From positions 128,001-192,000 of the forward strand of contig CAVRZA010000004.1 of NCBI GenBank assembly GCA_963725665.1: a DNA stretch of 64,000 nt. Reading direction: 5' to 3'. Positions within the stretch are counted from its first letter, which is position 1; each line of letters starts with the position of its first letter. The position numbers and the translations under genes were made by a program. Positions 50,750-59,963 of this stretch are shown piece after piece. The notes under the pieces are model-generated. The model was not told where the DNA came from. It saw only the letters and a list, made by a program, of their open reading frames with translations, and did no database searches. Origin of the DNA: an uncultured Actinomycetes bacterium (GTDB lineage Bacteria; Actinomycetota; Thermoleophilia; UBA2241).

Positions 50750-53638
50750 CTACTGTTTGCGCAGCGCCTCGAGCCGCGAGAGCGTCTTGCCCAGCGCCGT
50801 GATCTGCCGCCCGAACTCCACGAGATCGCCGGCCTTGAGAGCCTGTTGCGCGGCGCCGTACTGCGTGTTGGCGCGAGCGATCAACTGTGCCGCGGCGGCG
50901 GTGGGCGGTGCGCCGGTCGCGGGGCCGCTCGGCGGCCCCGCGGCCGGCGCACCGCCGAAGACCTCGGCCAGCGCGCCCTCGAGCGTGGGTGCCATGACGA
51001 CGTTCTGCTGCTGTCCGGTCGGGGGCAGATTCGTGGTTGCGGACGGCGCGCGGTAGAAGACGATGACTCGCTGCACCTGGGGTAGCTGCGTCTGCTCGGA
51101 CTCGAGGTACAGCGGTTGCACGTAGAGCAACGAATCCACGATCGGGACGACGATGAGGTTGCCGAAGATCACGCGCGACCCGTGCTGCCCCCAGAGCGTC
51201 CGCTGCGCGGAGATGGTGGGGTTCTGGTTCACCGCCGCCTCCACCTGCGCCGGCCCGTACACGTTAAGGCTCGACGGGAACTCGAAGCTCACGGCCTTAC
51301 CGTAGTTGGGGAGGTCGGACTCGGCGCCCAGCCAGCCGATCATGTTGCTGCGCCCGTTGGGCGTGAAGGGCAGGATGAGCACGAACTCCTCGCGCGTCTG
51401 GCCGGGCAGGCGCATGATCATGTAGTAGGGGTTCATCTGGCCGGCCCCGGTGATGGAGACGCCCGTCGGCACTTGCCACTGGTTGCCCTTGTTGTAGAGG
51501 AGGCTGGGGTCGGTCACGTGGTAGGTGGCGAAGAGCTCCGTCTGCGCGGTGAAGAAGTCCTGCGGGTAGCGCACGTGCGCGCGCAAGGTGGCGTCCATCG
51601 CCGCCATGGGCTTGAGCACCCCGGGGAAGACCTTCTCGTAGGTGCGGATGATCGGATCGGCGGGGTCGAAGACGTAGAGGGCCATGCTGCCGTTGTAGGC
51701 GTCGACGACGACCTTCACTGCGTTGCGGATGTAGTTCATGGAGTTGATGCCGGCGAGTGGCTGTGAGTATGGATAGCTGCTCGTGGTCGTGTAGGCGTCG
51801 GCGATCCAGTAGAGGCGCCCGTTCGCGATGACCATGTAGGGAGCGCGGTCGAAGGTGAGGAACGGGGCTGCCTTCGCCAGTCGTGTGCGGATGGCGTTGT
51901 AGATGATGACCCGGCTCTCGCTGGTGATCGCCGTCGTCGTGAAGAACTTGATGGTGCCGAAGCGCACGCAGAAGGCCAGCCGGCTGAAGAACGGATCGAT
52001 GGGGATGCCGCCGCTGCCGTCGTAGCTGTGATAGACGTCGCCGCTCGGGCCGGGGTAGTCGAACTCGGGGAACTTCGTCCTCACAAGCAGGTAGTCCGTG
52101 CCGTTCAGCCCGAAGTAGGTGCGCGGTTGGGTGACCGCCAGCGTGGGCGCGTCGGAGACGACGGGGACGTCCTGCACGAGGAAGTCCGGGGAGCCGCTGG
52201 AGGCCACCTGGTTCACCGCCGAGACGGCCACGCCGTAGCCGTGAGTGTAGGTGACGTGCTGGTTCACCCAGGTCTGGGCCTGGTCCGGCAGTCCGGAGAC
52301 GTTGAGCTCGCGAGGCGACAGCATCGTCTGGCGATAGTCGCCACCGACCTGGTAGCGATCGACGCTAACGGTGGTGAAGGCGTAGTAGGGCCTCAGCTGC
52401 TGTAGCTGGGTGTAACTGCGTTGCAGCGCCTCAGGGTCCCACAGGCGGATGTTGCCGATCGTCCCGGGGTTAGCCCTCAAGGCGGTCGCGGTCAGGTTCC
52501 CGGTGAGGGGATAGGACTTCTCGCTGACCGCGGTGAGGTCGTAGGCCGAGCGCGTCGCGGCGAGGTCGTAGGTGATGTAGGGGAGCTCCCGGCTGAGCTG
52601 GTTGGGATTGACGAAGAGCGACTGGAAGACGGCCGGCACGATGCCAAGCAAGACGATCAGGGCGGCGATCCACGCACCGATGGCGACCAGCGGCCATCGG
52701 GGACGCCGCGCGCGCACGGCATTGTAGACGAGCGCCCCGCCGAGGGCCAGAGCGACCACCATGAGGACGCGGATGATCGGCAGGCGCACGTGTACGTCCG
52801 TATACCCAGCGCCGAAGACGGCCCCCGAGCTGGAGAAGAGCAGGTTCCAAGCCTTCAGAAGGTAGCCGAGGCCGCCCACGATGAAGAGCGCGCCGAGGAG
52901 TGCGGAGAGGTGCGCGACGGCGCCGCTCTCGAGACGCGCGCTCCCGAGCCTGCGCACGCCGCGCGCCACCTGGAGCGGCGCTAGCCCGCCGGGTTCCGCC
53001 CTCGTGGTCGATTCGCGTTGCGGCAGCTCTATCCCCCCGAGCGACAGGTGAACGATGGTGGCGGCGACGAGGGCGACCACGATCGTCGCGAAGAGGAACC
53101 CATAGACGTACTGCCAGGCCGGCAGCGTGAACACATAGAACGAGAGATCGTGATGGAAGATCGGGTCCTTGGTGCCGAAGGGCACACCGTAGATGGCGCG
53201 TGCGAACGTGACCCACGATCCTGCCGCACTGAAGCCGACCATGACGGCGACGATCAGCGTGAGCACCAGACCGACCTGTCGCACGCGCCGCGACGCATTC
53301 TCGTGCACGTATTCGACGACGTCGATGCCCTCGAAGGCGCGGTACTTGGGCGCGATCCGGCGCGCGAGCGCGATGTTGCCGTAGACGATGGCGAAGAATG
53401 CGCCGCCGAACAGGGGGCCCAGCACCAGCCCCATCGTCACGCGTTTCCAGAAGACGTTCCGGAGGGCGACTTCGCCGAACCACAGCCAGTCGACGTAAAG
53501 GCGCGCGACGGTCTCGAGCGCGACGATGAAGACAACGACGGCCAAGACCGCGACGACCACGCGCCGGGCGCGAGACCGGCGCCTTCGACGCGGCGGTTCC
53601 TTCTTGTGACGCCCGCGAAAAGGGATCACTCTGCCCAC
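50750..53638 (-). CDS. UPF0182 family membrane protein
   Basis: YVDWLWF, DPIFHHDLSFYVFTLP, GAGYTD, NIRLWDP, YTHGYG, NYIRNAVK; CATAAT 6 nt before the GTG (leaderless). Confidence 0.93.
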   Translation of the reverse strand: MGRVIPFRGRHKKEPPRRRRRSRARRVVVAVLAVVVFIVALETVARLYVDWLWFGEVALRNVFWKRVTMGLVLGPLFGGAFFAIVYGNIALARRIAPKYRAFEGIDVVEYVHENASRRVRQVGLVLTLIVAVMVGFSAAGSWVTFARAIYGVPFGTKDPIFHHDLSFYVFTLPAWQYVYGFLFATIVVALVAATIVHLSLGGIELPQRESTTRAEPGGLAPLQVARGVRRLGSARLESGAVAHLSALLGALFIVGGLGYLLKAWNLLFSSSGAVFGAGYTDVHVRLPIIRVLMVVALALGGALVYNAVRARRPRWPLVAIGAWIAALIVLLGIVPAVFQSLFVNPNQLSRELPYITYDLAATRSAYDLTAVSEKSYPLTGNLTATALRANPGTIGNIRLWDPEALQRSYTQLQQLRPYYAFTTVSVDRYQVGGDYRQTMLSPRELNVSGLPDQAQTWVNQHVTYTHGYGVAVSAVNQVASSGSPDFLVQDVPVVSDAPTLAVTQPRTYFGLNGTDYLLVRTKFPEFDYPGPSGDVYHSYDGSGGIPIDPFFSRLAFCVRFGTIKFFTTTAITSESRVIIYNAIRTRLAKAAPFLTFDRAPYMVIANGRLYWIADAYTTTSSYPYSQPLAGINSMNYIRNAVKVVVDAYNGSMALYVFDPADPIIRTYEKVFPGVLKPMAAMDATLRAHVRYPQDFFTAQTELFATYHVTDPSLLYNKGNQWQVPTGVSITGAGQMNPYYMIMRLPGQTREEFVLILPFTPNGRSNMIGWLGAESDLPNYGKAVSFEFPSSLNVYGPAQVEAAVNQNPTISAQRTLWGQHGSRVIFGNLIVVPIVDSLLYVQPLYLESEQTQLPQVQRVIVFYRAPSATTNLPPTGQQQNVVMAPTLEGALAEVFGGAPAAGPPSGPATGAPPTAAAAQLIARANTQYGAAQQALKAGDLVEFGRQITALGKTLSRLEALRKQ

Positions 53639-53969
53639 GCCTCTATTATGAGCGCGTCCAGCCTCACTGTCGTCGTTCTACGGGCGCTTCGGACGCTGCG
53701 CTGCTGTAGACGCCGTTTCGCAACGGACGCTGCCCTACCGCAACCGCCGTTCCACCGCAAACTTCGCACCGTGGACGGTGCTTGAACTCTGGCGCCTCTC
53801 CGACGCCGGCGCCTGTCCGACGCTGGCACCTCTCCGACGCGGCGCGTCTCGCGCCCGCCGACGCTGTTCAGCGTGGGTGCCCTTTTAGCCCGGACGTTGT
53901 TCGACACAGGCCGGGGCGAGGGTAGAAACAGGATAGATTTACTCCGTTTTCAGTCGAAACGAGGTACAC

Positions 53970-54821
53970 ATGGCGGGAGTCAACGGCGCTAGAGCATTCC
54001 AGCTCTCGCCAGCAGCGCGTCTCCTCGACGCGCCCCGGTTCGAGGTCATACCGGTCGGCGGGGTAGAGGAACGAGTGTCCGTGCTCGTGCCCGGCACGAC
54101 CGTGACCGTCACTTGCTCGCAGCGGCACGGCGTCGATCGGACGCTCGAGGTCAGCGAACATCTCGCCCGTCGTGGTTACCGTGTCGTGCCTCACCTGGCG
54201 GCTCGCCTGGTGCGTGACCGCGACCATCTCGAGCAGATCGTCGCGCGACTTGAGGCTGCCGGCATAGGTGAGGCATTCGTCGTCGGCGGCGATGCCTCGA
54301 CCCCGGCCGGCAGCTATCGCGACGCGGGCGATCTGCTCGAGGCGCTCGACTCTCTCGCGGACTCTCCCGCGGTGGTCGGCGTGGCGGGATACCCGGAGGG
54401 GCATCCGTTCATCAGCGAGGCGCGGCTACTCGATGCCCTGCGGCGCGCGCAGCCGCACGCCGACCACGTCGTGACTCAGATCTGCTTCGAGGCGGATGCC
54501 CTCGTCCGCTGGATCCACCGCATCCGGCAGGCGGGGATAACGCTGCCCGTCATCGTGGGTCTGCCCGGCGTCGTCGAGCGCCGCAAGCTCGCCGAGATAT
54601 CACTGCAGGCCGGCGTCGGTCCCTCGCTGCGCTACGTCGCGAGGCACGGTCGGCAGCTCGCGTCGCTGGCGCGCTCGCGGCGCTACGATCCGACTCCCTT
54701 GACGCGCGCGATCGCGGCCCATATCGACGATCCGGGGCTGGGCATAGGAGGCGTGCACCTGTTCACCTTCAACCAGGTCGAGACGACGCAGGCCTGGCTG
54801 GCGCGCACAGGGTCGCCATAG
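53970..54821 (+). CDS. metF: 5,10-methylenetetrahydrofolate reductase
   Basis: VPHLAAR, FVVGGD, AGYPEGHP, VTQICF, HLFTFNQ. Confidence 0.88.
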   Translation: MAGVNGARAFQLSPAARLLDAPRFEVIPVGGVEERVSVLVPGTTVTVTCSQRHGVDRTLEVSEHLARRGYRVVPHLAARLVRDRDHLEQIVARLEAAGIGEAFVVGGDASTPAGSYRDAGDLLEALDSLADSPAVVGVAGYPEGHPFISEARLLDALRRAQPHADHVVTQICFEADALVRWIHRIRQAGITLPVIVGLPGVVERRKLAEISLQAGVGPSLRYVARHGRQLASLARSRRYDPTPLTRAIAAHIDDPGLGIGGVHLFTFNQVETTQAWLARTGSP

Positions 54822-54881
54822 GTGTCGCATCGTCGCAGGAGGCCTGGTCGGGGAGGCCTGTGCGGGAGGCGGGAGGGTTCA

Positions 54882-55170
54882 GACTGGCCCCCCACGGGCG
54901 GCAAGAGGGCAGCAAAAAGCCCGCCGCACTATCTGCAGTTCGCCGCACGGGTCTCCTCTTTGCTTCTCGGGACCGAAGCCCCTTGGGAGTAGATCCCTTG
55001 CGGGGTCTGCTCCTCACGAAGAGGATCTCCGCCGCGTCCCACAAAACGTGACGGCGGGCAAGCGGCACTCTAGTTGTCCGTCGACGGCGATGCAATACCA
55101 AAAGCCTCGGCCTCTCGCAGAGGGTTGGCTTTCGCCGCCGCCTGGGGGCGGGGTTCATGGTGGGGTCGAG
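54882..55170 (-). repeat. 289-bp structured non-coding element, copy 2
   Basis: Direct repeat of 50279-50567 with two substitutions. Confidence 0.85.
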
Positions 55171-55236
55171 GGAAGGCTGAGCGAGCACCGGTGCGTGGCT
55201 GCTAGAATCGTGCTCCGCGATTCCGGAGGTAGGCCC

Positions 55237-55788
55237 ATGAACATCCTCGCCATCGGAGGGAGCGCTCGGCTCAACGGCAACAGCAACTCCCTCATGCGGA
55301 CAGCCGTCGAGAGCGCGGTCAAGAGGGGAGCCACGGCGGAGATCCTGTACGCGCGGAAGCTGGACGTGCAAGGTTGCCTCGGTTGTGACGGGTGCAAGCG
55401 CTCGGCCGACTCGACGTGCGTCGTCGACGACGACATGCACAGGGTCTACGCACTGCTGAAGGAGTGCGACGTCCTCGTCGTGGCGACTCCCGTCTATTTC
55501 TACTCCATGACCTCGTGGCTCAAGGCGATCGTCGATCGCTTCTACGGGCTGCTCGACCCAGACTCCGAACCGCGCCTCGAGAAGGGGAAGGGCTTCTACG
55601 CCATCACCAGCGAGGAGGAAGAGCGCGCCTACACGGGGCAACAGGTCATAGCGACGCTGATGCGCGGCCTGGCCTGGTTCGGGATGGACCTGCGCGGCGA
55701 GTTGGTCGCCGTCGACGTGGGCAAGGCCGGCGACTGGAAGAAGCGGCAGGATCTCATCCAGGCGGCGGAGCGTCTCATCGTGGTGTGA
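55237..55788 (+). CDS. Iron-sulfur flavoprotein / flavodoxin family protein
   Basis: GSARLNGNS, CLGCDGC...CVVDDDM, ATPVYF, KAIVDR; extended -10 TGCTAGAAT and GGAGGT RBS. Confidence 0.9.
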   Translation: MNILAIGGSARLNGNSNSLMRTAVESAVKRGATAEILYARKLDVQGCLGCDGCKRSADSTCVVDDDMHRVYALLKECDVLVVATPVYFYSMTSWLKAIVDRFYGLLDPDSEPRLEKGKGFYAITSEEEERAYTGQQVIATLMRGLAWFGMDLRGELVAVDVGKAGDWKKRQDLIQAAERLIVV

Positions 55789-55949
55789 GTCTGTGCGTTC
55801 GGCGTCGGCCTCGGGGTGATAGGGCCTTCGGCCAAGTCTCTGACCCGAAGACCATCCCGCACCCGGTAGTGCCCCGGCCGTAGATTTGTGCGCTCACCTT
55901 GCGCTCCAGCGGGCATACTGCGCACAGTCCGGACCACGAAAGGAGAGGC

Positions 55950-56246
55950 ATGCCACCAATCACCGACCTGTTGACCGAGCACGCCCTGCTGCAGCTGGCG
56001 TCGCCGCGCGCGTTTCTCGACGGCGCCTCGACCGCCGAGCACGGCTCGGTCGAGCTCTACGAGTCGGGCGAGCAGCGCCTGCGCGCCCGTGTCGAGGACA
56101 CGGAGATCTACGAGACGGAGCTCCTCGTGACTAATGGTGAGCTCGCCTGGTCGTGCACCTGCGGGGAGGCCGGCGAGGCGCTGTGCCGTCACCTCGTGGC
56201 GACCGCGCTGGCCACGTGGCCCGACGAGGTGCCCGAGGAGCCCTGA
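55950..56246 (+). CDS. SWIM zinc finger domain protein
   Basis: WSCTC...LCRHLVATAL; AAAGGAG RBS. Confidence 0.85.
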   Translation: MPPITDLLTEHALLQLASPRAFLDGASTAEHGSVELYESGEQRLRARVEDTEIYETELLVTNGELAWSCTCGEAGEALCRHLVATALATWPDEVPEEP

Positions 56247-56281
56247 GGCGTAGTGGCCGATCCAGGTCGGGGCGGGCGGCC

Positions 56282-56911
56282 TCAGCTGATGCGCAAGCTG
56301 CCGAGGCCGATGTCCTTGGGGACACGCTCGGGGGAGAGGAACTCTTTACCCAGGCGGCGTGCCCTGTCGAGGTGCGATGGCCGCGACTCCTCATCGTCGT
56401 CGACCTCGTAGAAGAACTCGGTCTGGACGTCGCGGATGCCGCAGTATCCGAGGATGCCGACGTCGATCTGCGTGCGCATGGCGGTGTCGTAGCCGTACTT
56501 GCGGTAGGTGGCCTCGCGTGACCCCGCCACGCAGAGCAGCAGCGTCGGCCGGTCTCGCAGCAGACCTCGGGAGCGACCAGGCGTGAACTCGTACGCCCAA
56601 CCTGAGGCGAAGACGCGGTCGATCCACCCTTTCAGCATCGCTGGCAGCGACCACCACCACACGGGGAACACGAGCGCCAGCGCGTCGGCGCGCTCGATGC
56701 GCGCCTGCTCGGCGAGTACGTCGGGCGGCATGGGAGTCCCTTCGAACTGGGCGTAGTCCTCGGGGCGCAGGCGGGGGTTGAAACCCTGCCTGTAGAGGTC
56801 GCCCACCTCGACTGTGTGTCCGGCCGCCGTCAGGCCAATGCAAAGACCGTCGAGGATCGCCCCCGAGAAGCTGTCGCGACGCGGATGAGCGAACATCACA
56901 AGAACGTTCAT
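56282..56911 (-). CDS. NAD(P)H-dependent oxidoreductase (flavodoxin-2/MdaB-like)
   Basis: FAHPRRDSFS, FPVWWWSLPAMLKGWIDRV; ATGA overlap with the DMT gene. Confidence 0.9.
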   Translation of the reverse strand: MNVLVMFAHPRRDSFSGAILDGLCIGLTAAGHTVEVGDLYRQGFNPRLRPEDYAQFEGTPMPPDVLAEQARIERADALALVFPVWWWSLPAMLKGWIDRVFASGWAYEFTPGRSRGLLRDRPTLLLCVAGSREATYRKYGYDTAMRTQIDVGILGYCGIRDVQTEFFYEVDDDEESRPSHLDRARRLGKEFLSPERVPKDIGLGSLRIS

Positions 56912-57876
56912 GTGCACTCCTTCGACCGGACGTCGGCTGCCACACTGCTTGCGGTTCCCGGCCCGCGCGTGTCTTCGGCCTCCTGGTAGCCCGCCAGCGG
57001 CGCCGACTCCGGTGGCAGGGCGGAGCGGCGCGTAGCGAGCACGGAGCCGACCAGGATGAGGGGGAGACCGGCGGCTATACCCAGCGTGAACGGTTCGCTC
57101 AGGACGACCACGCCGAGGAGCACGGCGACGAGCGGGTTGATGTACGTTATGACCGTTGCGCGCGCCGGTCCGACCTCGAGGATGAGCTCGAAGAACACGA
57201 GGAAGGCCAGGGCCGTGCAGATCAGCGCGAGGGCGACCACAGAGCCGATCGCCTCGACGGAGGCGCTCTGCGGGAGGTGCGTCAGGGCGACAGGGGCGTA
57301 GCCGATGGCGACGATCGTGATGGCGGCGGCCGTCACGCCGAGGCCCGGAAGATCGGCGAGACGCCGGCTGATGATCAGCGGTCCGATCGCATAGCAGAGC
57401 GCCACCACGATCACCTCGCCGACCGCAAAAAGGTTGGTCTGCCCGACGTCTATGCCGACCAGCACCGCAACGCCGGCGAACCCCACGATGAGGCCCGCAA
57501 GACGGCGCCCGTCCAAGCGTTCCATGCCCGGCACGAAGCCGTAGAGGACCGCTCCCATGAGCGGCACGGTGGCGATCAGGAGCCCCGTCATCGAGCTCGT
57601 GATGTGCTGCTCGGCGCGACCGATAAGGAGCCAGGGCAGGGCCAGTTCTACCCCGGTGAACGCCAGCACCCAGCGCCAGCGCGGGAGCAGCGCACGCAGA
57701 TGTCCCTTGCGCGCCGCCAGCGGCAGGAGCAGCAACGCCGCCGGCGCCGTGCGCAAGAAGACCAGCGTGGGCGGTGAGAAGTCGCGCACCGCAACGCGGA
57801 TGAGAAGATAGGGGATGCCCCAGATCAGGCACAGGGCCCCGAACAGGATCCAACCCTTGCGCGACAAGAGGTCCAC
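56908..57876 (-). CDS. DMT/EamA family transporter
   Basis: IWGIPYLLIRVA, GPARATVITYINPLVAVLLG; about 10 TM. Confidence 0.9.
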   Translation of the reverse strand: MDLLSRKGWILFGALCLIWGIPYLLIRVAVRDFSPPTLVFLRTAPAALLLLPLAARKGHLRALLPRWRWVLAFTGVELALPWLLIGRAEQHITSSMTGLLIATVPLMGAVLYGFVPGMERLDGRRLAGLIVGFAGVAVLVGIDVGQTNLFAVGEVIVVALCYAIGPLIISRRLADLPGLGVTAAAITIVAIGYAPVALTHLPQSASVEAIGSVVALALICTALAFLVFFELILEVGPARATVITYINPLVAVLLGVVVLSEPFTLGIAAGLPLILVGSVLATRRSALPPESAPLAGYQEAEDTRGPGTASSVAADVRSKECT

Positions 57877-57981
57877 CTCGCTCGACGATGGATCGACGGT
57901 CGACGCCGCCGGCTGTCTCAGGCCGGTGGCGGGCCATCATCTTACTGGAGACGGACCGGGCTGGGAGAGGGGCGAAGGTCG

Positions 57982-58497
57982 CTAGACGAGGCGCTGGCAG
58001 ACGACGACGTCGAGCCAGCGCCCGAACTTGCAGCCGACCTCACGCAAGACACCCACCCGCTCAAACCCGAGGCGCTCGGCGAGCGCCAGTCCGGCGACGT
58101 TCTCGGTGCAGATCTGCGCGATCACCACGTGCAGGCCGAGTCGTCGCGCGGCGTCGAGCGCGGCCGAGCCGAGCGCCAGGCCGAGTCCGGAGCGTTGCGC
58201 CGACGGGGCGATGTACACGGACGCTTCGACCGTGCGCTCGTACGCGCCGCGCTCCGACCAGCGCACGAGCGACGACCAGCCGCGCACGCTCCCGTCGATC
58301 TCGGCCACGAGCGCTGCGCGGGTCGTCGCGCTCACCAGCCAGCGGCGTCGAGCGTCCGCGGTCTCGGGCTCGAGATCGAACGTGGCCGTGGAGTTGAGGA
58401 CGGCGTGGCTGTAGATGGCGGCAATGTCGTCCGCGTCGCCGAGCGTCGCCGCCCTGACGCGGATCTCGTCTTGGGGCTTCGTGCGGTCTGTACTCAT
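57982..58497 (-). CDS. GNAT N-acetyltransferase (Pat/MddA-like)
   Basis: STATFD, EASVYI, QRSGLG, LGFERVG, KFGRWLDV. Confidence 0.9.
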   Translation of the reverse strand: MSTDRTKPQDEIRVRAATLGDADDIAAIYSHAVLNSTATFDLEPETADARRRWLVSATTRAALVAEIDGSVRGWSSLVRWSERGAYERTVEASVYIAPSAQRSGLGLALGSAALDAARRLGLHVVIAQICTENVAGLALAERLGFERVGVLREVGCKFGRWLDVVVCQRLV

Positions 58498-58624
58498 GGT
58501 CGCTGCACCTCACCGACCCCATGTCGTCGGCCCAGCGGATCCTTCCTTCGCCGCAAAGCCTACCGCGAACCCCCATCCGGCCCTCACGCTCTGCCAATCC
58601 GGACACAGTCCAACAAATCCGCAC

Positions 58625-58680
58625 TTGACGTCGGGCTCACCCAACCTATGATGTCGTTCGATTCTGTTCGATTCGATTCG
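58625..58680 (+). promoter_or_regulatory. Sigma70 promoter TTGACG-16-TATGAT followed by 5-nt periodic repeats (putative operator)
   Basis: -35 at 58625-58630, -10 at 58647-58652; GTTCG ATTCT GTTCG ATTCG ATTCG at 58656-58680. Confidence 0.6.
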
Positions 58681-58940
58681 CACCGGGGGTCGTCGGGGGT
58701 GGTGCTCGCTCGTCTGTCTCGTCCCGTTACACCGTTTGCGGCCCAACGCCCCTCCACTCGTCTCCGCTCAGGGCGGTCGCCGTCCGGCACAGGTCATCGC
58801 CATGTTCGGCGGTGACACTCCTCTCTCCGCGTCTCTGTGAGTATTATTACGAGTAGGGACGATCGAGTCGGCGACTACGCCCAGGGACCGTCGAGTCGGC
58901 GTATCGGCGTCGATGTGATTGCGACGAAAGGATTTGTGAG

Positions 58941-59888
58941 GTGAAGACGACCGTCTTCTTCGCCACGGACGTGCACGGGTCGGAGGTCTGCTGGCGCAAG
59001 TTCGTGAACTCCGCCAAGCACTACGAGGCCGACGTGCTCATCCTCGGCGGCGACATGACCGGCAAGGCCATCGTGCCCATCACCGCCGACGGGGCCGGTC
59101 ACTATCACTTCTCCATGCAGGACCAGCGGCACGAGGTCGAGGGTGACGAGGAGCTCGCGCAAGCCCAGAGGCTGATCCAGGACCACGGCTACTACCCCGT
59201 GCCCATGACGCGCGAGGAGTTGCAGGACTACACGGACCACCCGGAGCACCTCGACGACGTCTTCCGGCGGGAGATGCTGCGCACGGTCGAGCGCTGGATG
59301 GCCTTCGCCGACGAGCGCCTCACCGGCAGCGACATCCTGTGCATCGTCTGCCCCGGCAACGACGACAGCCACGAGATCGACCCCATCATCGACGCCACGA
59401 CGTCGATCACGGTGGGCGAGGGCAATGTGCTCGATCTCCCGGGCGGCTATCAGCTCGTCTCGAGCGGCTACACGAACCCCACGCCCTGGGACACCCACCG
59501 CGAGGAGGACGAGCCGGCGCTCAAGGCGCGCATCGAGGCTATCGTCAATCAGGCATCGGTCGGCCCGGAGCGCCTTGTCCTGGGTCTCCACGCGCCGCCC
59601 TACGACACCGTGCTCGACATCGCCCCGAAGATCGACTGGGAGTCGCTTACGGTGCAGGGACAGGACACGGCGCACGTGGGCTCGACGGCCGTGAGGGAGG
59701 TGATCGATGAGGTCCAGCCGGTGCTCTCCCTGCACGGCCACATCCACGAGAGCCGTGCGGCCATCCGCATGGGGCGCACCCTGGCGGTCAATCCCGGCAG
59801 CACCTACGTGGAGGGCACGTTGTCGGGCTGCCTGCTGCAGCTCGACGGCAAGGACAAGATCAAGCAGTACAGGCTGGTTTCTGGGTGA
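58941..59888 (+). CDS. Metallophosphoesterase (calcineurin-like, Icc-related)
   Basis: TDVHGS, GGDMTGK, PGNDD, HAPPY, LHGHIHES, NPGS. Confidence 0.9.
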   Translation: MKTTVFFATDVHGSEVCWRKFVNSAKHYEADVLILGGDMTGKAIVPITADGAGHYHFSMQDQRHEVEGDEELAQAQRLIQDHGYYPVPMTREELQDYTDHPEHLDDVFRREMLRTVERWMAFADERLTGSDILCIVCPGNDDSHEIDPIIDATTSITVGEGNVLDLPGGYQLVSSGYTNPTPWDTHREEDEPALKARIEAIVNQASVGPERLVLGLHAPPYDTVLDIAPKIDWESLTVQGQDTAHVGSTAVREVIDEVQPVLSLHGHIHESRAAIRMGRTLAVNPGSTYVEGTLSGCLLQLDGKDKIKQYRLVSG

Positions 59889-59963
59889 GGACACCCGGAT
59901 CGGCGAGCTGACGGGGGCGGCCGATCGATGGTCGTCCACCGACTGTGATAGGAGGGGGAGCGA

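Noticed and set aside
53640-53969. Possible SAM/SAH/THF riboswitch upstream of metF
   Set aside because: No recognisable consensus by eye; cmscan would be needed
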